Part shown: piece after piece, positions 1-14,215 of the stretch | Position numbering within the stretch: the first letter of the stretch is position 1 | How the letters are laid out: each line of letters opens with the position of its first letter | Assembly: GCF_000485595.1 (NCBI RefSeq) | Contig: NW_014577070.1 | Location: 496,432 to 560,431, forward strand | DNA from: Priapulus caudatus | Lineage: Eukaryota | DNA: 64,000 bases | Reading direction: 5' to 3' | Notes under the pieces: generated by a model | What the model saw: the letters and a program-made list of their open reading frames with translations, nothing else | Databases searched by the model: none | Told to the model about the DNA's origin: nothing | Made by a program: the position numbers and the translations under genes

Positions 1-810
1 ACGCTCACACTATATCAATGAATGCAAATGATCAATCTACGCATATGAAGGGAATGCCTAGCGTGTGTGTCTAGGGAAGCCTAGGGAAGCTGAAGGGAAT
101 GTCTATCACAGCGCATTGCCTAGGTTTGTGGGTTTGCATAATGAGCTACTTAATAAAGGATTATCATTAGGCACAGGCAGAACCGTATATAGAGATATAC
201 GGCTCTGGGCACAGGGTGCTCAGGGTAGAGTTTGTATAAGCCTCATTCAAGGAGTAAGCTTATACGGTGCCCAGTTTAATTATCAGGATGATGTGGGTTC
301 CATGATTAAGCATTAGGATTAGATCATGGAGAGCTTTGGTTAAGGGTGCTTCACAACACCATATCCCTGAGCATGACCTGTTCGTTCGCTGACCTGACCG
401 TTCGCTGGCTGTGCGTTGAATGCGCGGTGCATGCGCGGTGCATGCGCGGACCATTCGTTCCGTGCGCTAGCAACACGCTGTGCATTCGTTGGATTTTTTA
501 ACATGTGTGCCCTGTATACGCGCAGCGTGCTAGCAACACGCTGTGCATTCGTTATCAACTCGCTAGCTTCTCCCAAATCCTGACAAAAGTTGGGCGCACA
601 ACGACGCACTGATCTTATTTTCCATTTTTTGATTAATTTTCAATGCGCGGGCCGTGCGTCGCGTATGTGTGACTGGGCCGGATAACCGAATGGGACCAGA
701 TTAATGATTTTAATGGAAATTACACGTATGTAAATCTGAACTCTGTATATCTGTAACTCTGTAACTCTGAAGACCTCTGGCACCATTAGGTGAATGAATT
801 GACTAAAAGT

Positions 811-1010
811 GACGGTTATATGGGGAATGATCGAATTAATAAGTTGATAGATGTGACGTCACGGTTAAGGGGTGAAATTAAAACCTAACGAGAATATCGC
901 GTGTATGGGCTATTGATCGAATTAATAAGTCGATAGATATGACGTCACGGGTAGGGGGCGTAATTAAAACCTAACGAGGTTATGGCGTGTTTAAATTGAT
1001 TATCGAATTA
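811..1010. repeat. ~85-bp tandem repeat, about 2.5 units
   Basis: gatcgaattaataagt.gatagat.tgacgtcacgg...aattaaaacctaacgag repeated. Confidence 0.75.
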
Positions 1011-1268
1011 GGGCGCTCACATGTGTCGATAAACGCTGCTACGTAGCTACCTTCTTTGTGGTCCAGGTTTAATTTAGAACTGCCCCAGGTTTTAATGATG
1101 GTCTTGAGATTAAGTTGGGATTCGGGTTAGGTTATAGTTAGAGATAAGTTAGGGTAGTGGGTTAGAGTTAGGGATAAGGAGGGCTAATAGGGATAGACAT
1201 GTGGTCATGTTAGCAATGGGGTTGAGGGTCATGATTAGTGGTTAGGAGAAGAAGAATTAGGGATAGGG

Positions 1269-1900
1269 TGATGACGACGACGACAACGACGACCCTACAT
1301 TGGCGTAGTAAAGAAGCACCGCTACACGACGACGACGATGATAATGGTGATGCTGACGACGACGACGACGACGATGACGATGATAATGGTGATGATGACG
1401 ATGACGACGATGATAATGGTGATGATGACGACAACAACGATGACAATGGTGATGATGACGACGACGACGACAACGACGACCCTACATTGGCATACTAAAG
1501 AAGCACCGCTACACGACGACGACGATGATAATGGTGATGCTGACGACGACGACGACGACGATGACGATGATAATGGTGATGATGACGATGACGACGATGA
1601 TAATGGTGATGATGACGACGACGACGACAACGACGACCCTACATTGGCATACTAAAGAAGCACCGCTACACGACGACGACGATGATAATGGTGATGATGA
1701 CGATGACGACGATGATAATGGTGATGATGACGACGACAACGATGAAAATGGTGATGATGACGACGACGACGATGACGACGACGATGATGCCGACGACGAC
1801 GACGACGACGACGACGATGATGATGGTGATGATGATGAAAATGGTGATGATTCTGCTGCTGCTGCTGCTGCTGATGATGATGATGACGATGACGATGCTT
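1269..1900. repeat. Compound GAC/GAT microsatellite with higher-order ~160-190-bp units
   Basis: Anchor gaccctacattggc.tactaaagaagcaccgctacac recurs three times (~1291, 1478, 1635) between (GAC/GAT)n tracts. Confidence 0.9.
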
Positions 1901-2767
1901 TACGTACCGGGGTCCCAAAGTGGCATTCCGCCCTCCCTCCACGTCACTAACCGCTGTCGTTAATATACTGACAGGCGAGATTCGCCGCGCAACATAGGAT
2001 AATGCTCCTAGTCCGCACATCACCACGCAGCCCGCCCGCCCCGCATCTACGCCCAGCACGCGTGCAACCAGCATGATTACGAGTCTGTCTAGTCGGCGAG
2101 CCGCGACGACACGCCGACACGCCAACAAGCAGACACGTCGCCGTACCTGTTTCTCCGCCGCCGCCGACGACGTCGTCGCTGTTCAAACAGTGTACCGGCT
2201 CGTTAAATCGCAATAAAATTCCCCTGATATTTGAAGCACGGCCGATAATACACAGCGTGGGCGCCCTCTCTCGGCACATCGCTCAGCGAAGGGCAACCAC
2301 CGAGAACGGAAGGCAATAGCCTAGCTCTACCGCCTCTTCGCTCCCGCTACATTCTGTTTCCCCGCGTAATTCCTTCTCCTGAAGCGGGGGTGAAGGGTCT
2401 ACACGGGTAGAGCTACTAGCCAGTGATCAGTCAGTCAGTGACACTTGCAATGCTCCGCGTTATATATGCTTCATATTATGCTAGCGGTTAACCTACCGGT
2501 AAAGCGCGCAGTCTACTTCTCATTCTCAGGCTGGGTGTCTCAGGTCAGGGGGGAGGTCTAGTAATTATGCACGTACGTGTACGGGGCAGAACACCGAAGC
2601 GCGAGTCGTGTGTTTGTCATGACCGGTCAACATGGTCGGTGTCATCGTCTTCACGCATTGCTTGCTTGGTTTGCCACGCAGGTGGGCGCGTACATGTTTA
2701 CTTATTATCTGCTGCGTCTGCTTCGTCACTCATCCCCGCACGCATCGTCGCGCACATAAACGTGCAC

Positions 2768-3202
2768 ACGCGTATGGCAGGCGAGGTGAGACACTAATGG
2801 TATTTAGTGTCTATCATTAAATCATTTAGTGTTTGTCAATAATTCCATGCCCATGATTGGCTGAGAAAGAAAAATAAGTTGTATCTGATTGGTTGATTTA
2901 ATGACTGTCACTAAATGGAATATATGATAGCCACTAAATAGAATATATGATAGACATTCATTCGAATTTGTGACTGTCACTAAATACCATTTGTGTCTAT
3001 CATTAAATCATTTAGTGTTTGTCAATAATTCCATGCCTATGATTGGCTGAGAAAAAATAAGTTGTATCTGATTGATTGATTTAATGACTGTCACTAAATG
3101 GAATATATGACTGTCACTAAATGGAATATATGATAGACATTAATTCGAATATGTGACTGTCACTAAATACCATTTGTGTCCCACCTCGCCTGCCATAAGC
3201 GT
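2768..3202. mobile_element. MITE with ~42-bp TIRs enclosing a ~185-bp tandem duplication
   Basis: acgcgtatggcaggcgaggtgagacactaatggtatttagtg is inverted at 3161-3202; internal unit tgtctatcattaaatcatttagtg occurs twice. Confidence 0.7.
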
Positions 3203-4846
3203 ACGAACACGGGAGTATATACGGGCGTATACGGCTACGACTGCTTGCTCACGCATACGCATCTCTCTCCACACACACACGCGTTGCACGCACAAGCATG
3301 CACGCACACACACGCACGTACACGTGCACGGACAGACGCACGTACGCACACACATAGCACGCCAAAACTAATACAATACTACTTTCGCCGGTCATTCTCT
3401 AGCGAACTGTCTGTCTCGAACGCACTAACGCACTGTCTCGAACGCACGCACACAAAGACGTGCAGACAAGTCGACGACATGAAGCCTCTCTTGAAGTCAA
3501 CGCAGCCTGCGTGCACGGCTGTCACGACAAAGAACGTTTAACAATGCTGTTATATAAGCAGCGCCTCTGCGGGGCGGCCCGACGTACGTTCGCAGCAGCT
3601 TCCGCACGGCTGACAGCTCACCGCCGACGTAATACGTGCGCGTGATTGCCGCATATTGTGTTTAGAGTGCATCCTGCTTCGGCAGCCTGCTTATTGCTAA
3701 CTCTAGAACTATAGCCGTTCGCTCTGCCACAGGCCTGCGGCAGAGCGAAGGGCTATATAGTTCTAGAGTTAGCTTATTGCTATACACGCGCCATCACGAG
3801 ATCTCACGTACTAAGGCTTCCTGTCAGCACGCACGCTCGCGTAATATTGTGCAGAGTTACCACGGTGACGCTCTACCTCTCATCTCATCCCTTCTATGTT
3901 ATCTCTTATACCTACACTTACACTTCTTTCCCATTCCCTCCCGTTCCATTCCCCGCTCACTTCCACGACATCCAACACATACGTCTATCTATCCAATACA
4001 TACATACAAATACACCTTCCCCGTGATCGACGTTCATTCCTCCCCTCCTCGCCACCCCTCCCTAACCCTAGCGCTGCACTTTCTAGTCATCTCCTATACT
4101 TCTTCTTTCTCTTCGTCTTCTCCTTCCTTGTCCCTTATCCCTAACCAACTCCCCTCCGTCTTCCTCCCCTTTCTCCCGAAGTCCTCCTCCGTCGATTTTA
4201 CCTTCATCCTGCCCTTCACACCCCTCCCCCTTCCTCTTCCCCTCCCCTCCTCCCCCAGCCCTGACGACGTATCGATAGCTAGGTCGCCATGGTTAGGCTA
4301 ACGCGTGGCGCCCGCGCTGCCGTGCGCGGCGAAGCGCGGCTGCGTCATAGCTACGTCATAGCTACGGCTCCGACAGCCCCCGGGCTCCCGTCACCGCGCC
4401 ACGCTACAACAGCTAGCTCCCTCTCTCATCACGTGTGCGGCGCGCTCATTCGTACTGTAGGATCACGGTAGCGACCGCACCTCCTGCCACGGCGACGACG
4501 TGCACCCGTAATGCCGTTACCCCCGACGACGACGACGCCGCTGCTGCTGCTGCTGCCGTGCACACACCACACGCTGTGTGATGATGAAGCACTGGTGATG
4601 CTGCGACTGCTGTTGTAGTGAATACCTAAAGCGACCGTAGCCGGACTACTGTGTAACCGTAGTAGAGAGAGTGAGCGAGCAGTGTGCTAGGCCACGGATC
4701 AGGTAGGGGTGCGTTTCTCGTGCTGCTGTCGTCGTCGTCGTCTTCGGCGAGGCTAAATAGTCGACGCGTTGTTCAGTGTCGTCTATGTGTCGTCAAGACG
4801 TGGTTGGTATTTTACTTTCGTGCTTGTCATACGGAGTGCACGGTTA

Positions 4847-5116
<270 letters not shown>

Positions 5117-6017
5117 GTTATCGTGTATGCTGCGTGCGTGCGTGCTTGCTTGTGTATCTTGCTCATGTTGTGTCAACTTGTGTGTGTGTGCACGCCACTC
5201 TCTCAATGTGACATATGTAGCCAGGAATACAGTGTTGGATCTGTCCAGAGGATATTGCGATACTACTAAGTCATCAGACGTTATGGTAATTTGTGCTGAC
5301 GGTGTTTCACCTGGGAGCTCGCATGCGCCTTTTGCTGCGAATGCAAATGTATGCGTTTCAGTGTGCGCGTTGGATGCATACAATGGCGCGTGTGTAGTCT
5401 AGCTACAGTTGTAAGAAAATAGGAATAGACCGCAGATGGTCCAAGCATACCTGCTATAAATGAACAGGTAAATTTACTCACCGTGCACGACCGCAGTAAT
5501 TGCGTGTGTGCGTGCGCGCGCGTGTATGCATGCGTGCGTGTACGTGCGTGCCTGTGTGCGTGCACATATATGCATGAAAATTGATGAACAATAAACTTGA
5601 GTGTATAGAGATAGGAAAGACCTAGCGAGCGAGAAGAAAGAGACTTATATTATAAAATGAAGTACCGATGTAGATGTTAGATGTATATATATGCAGTTAT
5701 ATATACTGTTTGCCGTTTCAAAATTCAAGCAACGCACCTTTTTCCCACGCATAACAAACTATATTTACATTCCCATGCTCCATACAGAATCATATCCCCG
5801 TTCCTCTTCCCCCCCACGAACCTACTCGCTTCCGATTATACCCGTAACCAATCCCGCTATACAAGCAGATGAGGTTCGAAGACTAGCATAATCTCACTGT
5901 CGCGTCTAAAGGTCGCATATCATTTTCAAGCCAACTTAACGCATATAGCTGTGTAGAGCTTTGTTTGCCCGCGGGGCGGCCACGTGCGCGGGCTGGCGCA
6001 CCTATAGAGCGCGTGTC

Positions 6018-6099
<82 letters not shown>

Positions 6100-6540
6100 T
6101 TGCGTGCGCGTGTCTACGCGCGCCCGTCGTCCCTGTCTGACAGCATGTGCTTTCCTGACCCACGCTCACAACCACTGGCAGTGTGATCCAGTCCGCTTCC
6201 CACAACCACGCTCACGCTACAGCACCTTTATATATATATATATANNNNNNNNNNTATATATATATATGGGTGTGTATGTGTGGACATCGCGCGCGACCTT
6301 CAACATTAACTATATATTAGCCCGAGGCGATGTTTCATAGTAGTGGCGGAAGCCCGGGGCAACGCGTGTATGCATAGTTATATATACGGGCATAGTGAGA
6401 CCCACCTATGTGTGTGTGTGCGCGCACACACGCACACACACAGAACCGCACGCACACGCGCAAGCACGCGCGCACACACACACACGCACACACGCACGCA
6501 CACAGAAACAGTAACAAAGAGAGAGAGAGGCACACATACA

Positions 6541-6580
<40 letters not shown>

Positions 6581-6581
6581 C

Positions 6582-6618
<37 letters not shown>

Positions 6619-7849
6619 AGTGCACCGGCTATACTGTGTGCTGTGAACGCACACTGCGACGAAAGGCGCGACGTTTATTGACAAGAGCGAGAGAAATTAA
6701 TTAAACGTCCTGCTCTGCCCTCCTACCCCCCTTCCCCCTCCCACCGCAAACATCGGCGCACAGCCCTCCTAATGAAACCTGCCATTGAAGCCAACTCGTG
6801 GGGGTGAATTCGTAGCCAATTTACAGCCGCACGTAGCTATAAGTAGAACGCTGCGATGATGCCGTGACAACTACGAACGTGACCACACGCGGTGCTGCTA
6901 CTCCTTCCGTGCATCGCGGAGGAGCAAATGATCTAGCAAGTTATAATATCAGGAGTGTCATAATATAGATCTATATATGACCGGATCTAATCTAATCTAA
7001 TCTAGATCTAATATAATCTATATTATGACACTCCTGATAATATCTGATGAACATACGTCCAGCAAGCAGAACGGCGCACGCTAGACTGCCGCGCGAACTC
7101 GGTAGAACGACCCCACCGCTTTATCGGGACAGGTCGGAAACGTGTCCCGAAAGTGTCGCGATTAAGCGGTGAACACATAACGTGCATAAGGATTGTTGTT
7201 CAAAGATAAATTTCGTTTAAGCGATGCGCCTGGCCCGATAAAACGGGAACCGCTGTATATCCACGAACGCGCGTGTAGTCGTAACAATTAGTCGTAAGTA
7301 AATACCACAATACAATCTATACATACCCATATCAATACTTTGTATCAAGTGCACATGAACGGCTAACAAACAGTTCATGCTACGTATCTCTCGACTGTAT
7401 AGGTATTTTCACAGTGTAGCTAATGTGCTCGCAGGGAGCGAACGGACGTGGGCTAACTACGTACTACCTACTACGTACTATGTACTACGTACTACCTACT
7501 ATGTACTACGTACTACCTACTACCTACGTAAGCCTACCTAACTACGTAAGCCTACTACGTAAGCCTGTCTGCGCTCGTGGTGGCTTGGGCCGTGGTCACT
7601 GCGGGCGCACGCAGCCGAGCTGGTTAGTCTCCCGTCTCTATCGGAGATCGGCGGCAGCGTCGGGCACGCGCGATCCGATCGTTTGTCATCGTGTCAGACG
7701 CTGCCAGGCCGACGCTGCGTCCACCCGCTTGACAGACGAGCCTCTTGACCGGACTGGCGCTCGTGAGCGCGAGGATGAGGGGGGGGGGGGGGTCTACCGT
7801 CTCGAAAAATACACCGACACTGTCTCTGTCTCTCGCTGTGTGTATGGAA

Positions 7850-8235
7850 GGATATCACCCCCTCTCACTGTTAGTAAAGGAAGATCTCACCCGCTCTCAC
7901 TGTGTAAAAGAAGACGTCACCCCCTCTCACTGTGCGTGAGGTTACACGTCACCCCCTCTCACCGCCACCGTGTGTGAGGGAAGATATCACCCCCTCTCAC
8001 TGTGTAAAGGAAGACGTCACCCCATCTCACCGTGTGTGAGAAAAGATATCACCTTCTCTCACTGTCTCAGCAGGAAGGCATCGTCCTCTCCCAAATGGCA
8101 ATGCCTCTAAGACAAAACATCACTCATTCTCACTTTGTCTAATGGGAGACATCACCTACTCTCGCTGTGTCTAATGGGAGACACTGTTCCCCTTGACTGT
8201 TTCTAGAGAAGACATCGCATTCTCTCACTGTGTCA
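7850..8235. repeat. Degenerate ~30-bp tandem repeat
   Basis: Recurrent aaga(t/c)(a/g)tcaccccctctcactgtgt motif. Confidence 0.8.
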
Positions 8236-9988
8236 GAGGGCGTGCGCAACCTGACGCCGTCGCCCCCCCCCCTTGCATCAAAGAGAGGACATTTCCTGCT
8301 AACTCTAAAGCAAGATATGCACCCATCACTGTATCTAACGGGATGCATCACAACCTCGCTGTATCTATGGGGGAAAGCACCAAGTCCCCGAGCCGTCGCC
8401 AAGAGAGGATGTGCTGGTGCTACCGCCAAGTAATAACGCGTTCCTTTTTGCATTTACCCTTTACTGCGCCGCATCGTCAATTCATCCATGCGTTCCTATG
8501 CCGATAAACGCAGGGTATATCAAACAGCATTCGCCCTTGAATAATTGATCATGCTGTCATCTAGCAGGCTGGCGTCCATTGCAGTCTGTCGTGATTTCGC
8601 GGGGTATATATTAGGGAAACACATGACATTACTTTGTCAAGCAAACCGAAGACATAGCGTCGCATCGTGGAACATTCAGATTACTTCGATGATACGTTTT
8701 CAATGGAGGGGATCACTAACCAGGAATAATTTATTGAGCAGCGCGGGCGGATATTGGCATTCGTTAGCATAGTCAATACTTACTGGTTATTCAATGCGAC
8801 TGCCAAGCTAGCTCGCAGAAGAGCAATCATTTTCCCCCTTGTACACTGGAGAACGAGTGAACGTGATGTAAAACTTAAATGGATATTGCTTCGGCGTTGC
8901 TAGAATGAAGGTACTCTATTGGCCTTCATTGGCAACGAAATTGAACATTTATGAAAAATAAAAATGCACTCGCGGAGGGTACAGCTTATATGCACAAACA
9001 GACATGAAGCACGCGCACGCACGCACGCTCCCGTTAGGCTGTTTTCCCTTTTTCCTTCGAGCATTTCCGGTAGATAGAGGGGTCTGGCCAGTGAATTTTT
9101 GTCGGTGAGCGTTGTGAAAGAAGCCAGTGTCGGCACACTGCTAAGGGGAGTCAAAGTGCCGCTACACTCGTCTCGTGCTACACTTGTACTTACGAGGAAA
9201 ACGTAGTTCCTAACACGCTTCGCTCTCACTCCGGCGCAGACCGAAAATAAATAATGTAGGGACTACATCATAAAATTCTAATCAGATTATTCTCCGCGGA
9301 CGCACCGAAATTCTTTTCGAGAAGATTCCTTATGTTATGCTGTTAAAATACCCTTCAAGAGCTGTATCTTCAAAAGAATTTTTTTTTCATAATCCATACC
9401 GTAATGAGATCAATTGGGATGAAATCAAATAAACGCGCAGTACAAGGACACGGAATGGATGTAGATATGTTAATAATTTATGCACCGGCAGCTACGAAAC
9501 CTAACACATTTTAGCGATTTTTCACAAAAACGTCATCATGAATATTCGCTCGAAGACACACTTGATTCGCGCAATACCGAGCCAGAAACTCTGCGCACAC
9601 GCGGTGCAGCTACAGCCTGTAGGGCATCGGAAATTATAGCTGTTACTTGTCCCTTTATCACGGCTAGACCACTCGCATAGAAAATGCAAACCCCATTGCT
9701 ACTTTCTACACGATAGACTATATTTGATTATGCAAAATAACCCGGTGAGATAAACTGAAGAATCTACATACAACGGAAATTGGGCATTCGAGTGTACACG
9801 TCCCGAATCATATAACGACTACAATATCCAGCTATCCTGTTCTTAGCTGATAGCAATTGCCAATAAAAAATGGTTGAATCATTCTTTTGTTTGCAAGCCA
9901 TTCACATTTTTGAGATTTTTCCAGGAAAGATTGCTTAGTGTGATAATGAGGTATCAGGTGGCCAGTTTGTTGGAAATGATGCTTCGCT

Positions 9989-10023
<35 letters not shown>

Positions 10024-10157
10024 CCATCATCACCATCATCACCATCATCAACACTACCATTATCATCATTCATGTAATAATAATATATCACAATTAGTAT
10101 AATCATTGTAATTATCATCATACTGTCATAATCATCACCATCAATAGCAGCGGCAAT

Positions 10158-10188
<31 letters not shown>

Positions 10189-10995
10189 TCGTCGTCGTCG
10201 TCGTCGCCATCATCATCATCATCATCATCATCATCGTCGTCGTCGTCGTCGTCACACTGCTGCCCTGATTGCGATCACGTATATTATTCATTCTATAACA
10301 TCGACTGCTTTTTAACAGTGCCGTCACGTGATTCTATAACTATATCTTCCTTCATCAGCCTTCTCAGGGATATTCCACAATTGCCGATAAATTCTGAGAA
10401 TCACAAGCGCTCTCTTGAGATTCGAGACTCCATCTTCCAGACGATTTCAACGCTCCAGCCGGTTTTATTAGATAAAATTATCTTCATCTACGCTGCGTAC
10501 TAATTTCCACTACGCGGGAGTCATGCGGAAGATGATAGTATAGGTGACCCAAAGTTTACGCATAGCGCTATACACAACATGCCGCCATTCTAAGACTTAA
10601 GTGGACGTGGCGTAGACGATTGCAGTGCTGCCACTTGTAATTCATTGCTATCGTAAAAGCGATAATGCTCGGTAACAATAAAGAAACCATGTGGGAGGGG
10701 GAGGAGCAGATGCGTCGTTAGGACGAATAAGTATCGCATTCAACTCACGAATACTTGTAAGAATATTCGCATCTTTCTCTCCATTATGGCGTCGTTTACG
10801 GAACAAGTGACGCGTTAAGGAAGCGTAAAACAGTAAGCCTCCGCAAATTGTTCACCGTTGCTCTATTTCGTCCCTAGAAAAGACATTTTTTTGGCATTTT
10901 TTTTCGCCGAAATTCGGCAGAGTGCAATAATTTGCATTATGCACGCAAGTTAGATGCCTCGTGGACATCTAGAAAGCATTAGAAGTAAAATTGGG

Positions 10996-11278
10996 GTTGT
11001 TGTGTATTCGTGACATACCGTCAGGTGGCGTAGCCACAGCCATCGGTTGGTCATTTTTGTGTTTGAAATGTGTTCAGACAACTTTGCAGAAATTCTCATC
11101 ATAGAGCTGGCAAAAGTTTCGAGCGGAGCATAGAGCATGAATCTGTAGTTATTTAACATGAATAAAGTGCATGTTGTGTAAGCGAAGTAACAGTGTGAGT
11201 ATTTTTAATTAATTTCTGTTCGATGCTTATTCAGGCCTGCTGCCTATGGACGCCCTCTACTGTTGTTCAACACCTTTA
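10996..11278. repeat. Dispersed ~290-bp repeat, copy 1 (copy 2 at 19449-19742)
   Basis: Near-identical direct copies (gttgtgtattcgtgacat...ctactgttgttcaacacct). Confidence 0.9.
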
Positions 11279-11629
11279 ACTCACGAATACGAAATCATAA
11301 TATTCGTATCTTTCCATTATGGCGTCGTTTACGGAACAAGTGTCGCGTTTAACTTGCGAATACTTGTAAGAATATTCGTATTTTTCTCTTTTGGCGTCGT
11401 TTACGGAACAAGTGTCACGTTTAACTCGCGAGTACTTGCGAGTATATTCGGACTTTTTGTCTTTGTTCAGGGGGTGGGGTGGGGATGCGTCCGTAGTGCT
11501 TTACAGCAGCCCTTAACGATGCTGCCTGGCGCTCGCATTGACCGCGCTGCCACTATAACCCGCCCACATGAGAAGCCACTCCGCTAGCAAATTGCATCTC
11601 TCGTCACTCCTCTGTCTCCCTATATCTCT

Positions 11630-12153
<524 letters not shown>

Positions 12154-12299
12154 TTTCGCTAGCAGCTGCGGGGCCGAGTCATGGCTTCCTGATTCCGCTC
12201 CAGTGAGACGAAATCACGACCGGTGATGCTCCTCATCTTTTGCAGATGCTTCAAAGTTCGTTATCTCTCAGTGCGAGACCAAACGCACTGCCGCCGCAT

Positions 12300-12639
12300 T
12301 AGCAGCAGCAGCAGCAGCGGCGGCGGCGTCGGCAGCAGTAGCAGCAGCAGCGGCGGTGGGGCAGCAGTAGCAGCAGCAGCGGCGGTGGGGCAGCAGCAGT
12401 AGCAGCAGCAGAGGCGGCGGCAGCAGCAGTAGCAGCAGCAGCGGCGACGGCGGCAGCGGCGGCAGCAGCAGTAGTAGCAGCAGCAGCGGCGGCGGCGGCG
12501 GCGGCGACAGCAGCAGTAGCAGCAGCAGCGGGGAAGGCGGCAGCAGCAGCAGCAGCGGCGGCGGCGGCAGCAGCAGCAGCATAGGCGGTGGGGCAGCAGC
12601 AGTAACAACGGCAGCGGCGTCGGCAGGGGCAGCAACAGC

Positions 12640-12672
<33 letters not shown>

Positions 12673-12800
12673 GGCGGCGGCGGCAGCAGCAGCAGCATAG
12701 GCGGTGGGGGCAGCAGCAGTAGCAGCAGCAGCGGCGGCGGCAGGGGCAGCAACAGCAGCAGCAGCAGTAGCAGCAGTACCACCACCACCACCAACAGCAG
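12300..12800. repeat. CAG/CGG/TAG trinucleotide repeat block
   Basis: Direct inspection; in-register TAG triplets interrupt the poly-Gln frame. Confidence 0.9.
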
Positions 12801-13982
12801 CGGAAGATCCTGCGGCACGGTCCGCGGCTATAAAGCTGCCTGACGATTATAACACCCCGCCCCGGCCCGCCGCGCACGTCACCCCCTGCCGACGAACTCA
12901 TTAAGTAAAACTGACGGCGCTCAATCAAAAACACAAGCACTCATTGATCTGCGACGCTCGACAGCACGCGGCGATGACACGAGACTGCATCATCGAGGCG
13001 GGCCCCTCCCCCCTATGCCTCCCCTCCCCCTCCAGGCACGCCAAGTTCCGTCAAACAGACAGACAAAGGCCGCCATCTTGGGGGGCGGCGGTCCCACTTA
13101 TCCATGCTTTCACACTCTGACACGTCTCACGCGCTTCGTATATGAATCTCGGGGAATGCGTCCGTAGATTCGCTCTCGGGCCCGCCGCGTGCGCTGGGCT
13201 TCAAGGCCGCCTCCTCGTTACAGGCTAGATGGAAGGCGACGGTAGGGAGCATGCGTGCATGCGTGCGTGTGTCTGTGTGTGCGCGCGCGGGTGTGTGTGC
13301 CCGCGCGCGTGTGTGTGTGTGCGCGCGTGTGTGCGTGCGTGTTTGTGTGCGTGTGCGTGCGCGTGCGTGCGTGCTGGCACGAGGGCTTCATATCGGTGCG
13401 CCTCTCCTCCACGGCCCGTTATATTACTCATGTTACTCGCATCGTTGCGTTTTCTCTTGCGTTCGACGGCGAAATGATGATAGTGATAGTAGCGCGCGGG
13501 TGCTCCCGCAAAATGTTGACGCTTGAGCGCAACGACGACACTTTGTGTAAAGAGTGTGCGTTTATTCACGTATTTACGACAAAAACAAACTCATAATTTC
13601 TATTCGGATTCGCACGAGATTTCTGTTGCGCCTACGTCGATGTGACATTTTGTGCCGACTTCTGCGTTTTACTCGCAGCTGCCCCGCCGCTGCCTGCCCC
13701 CCCCCTCCCCCGAGCATGCATGCCCCGCCGCGCGCGTACGGAACCCACGAACAAAAAACAACACGCGTCAGGGAGTAAATAATAGGGCAACGTCCACCGA
13801 AAATCCAATCTCATGAAAACGTGTATACGTAGACACGCTCCAGGGAGGTGCTCCCGTGGGAGGGAATGGGAACGTGACAATGGTGCAGGGATAATTAATC
13901 AGCAGGTGATGTCTGTGTTTCTGCCGGCAGGTTGGCTGCTGCAGCGTATCTCCATAACGCGTTAGCGACGCGCCAACTGTCA

Positions 13983-14215
13983 TTAAAGTGACTACGTCAC
14001 GAATTTTTTATGGTAAAATTAGTAAAATTTTTGTTGCCATTTTTTTACATTAAAAGTAAGAACTAACGTATCGTAAAATTCTTACCTGATAAGATTATTT
14101 CTCAACTAGCTAAAAATCCAAAAAACCTGGACGATTTGATATTAGTGTTCATAACATTAATTGCTTGCTATGGGCTATGTATGAGTCACGAGTGTATGTT
14201 CACATCGAACAATAT
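13983..14215. mobile_element. TTAA-ended (Kolobok-like) repeat, reverse copy
   Basis: Reverse complement of the 55573-55896 family (aaattcttacctgat, caactag.taaaaatccaaaaa). Confidence 0.65.

Noticed and set aside
1210..1963. Poly-Asp/Ser/Thr ORFs
   Set aside because: Translation artefacts of GAC/GAT microsatellites.
12261..12940. Poly-Gln/Ala/Leu ORFs
   Set aside because: Trinucleotide repeat with stops in the Gln frame; no domain or convincing splice sites.
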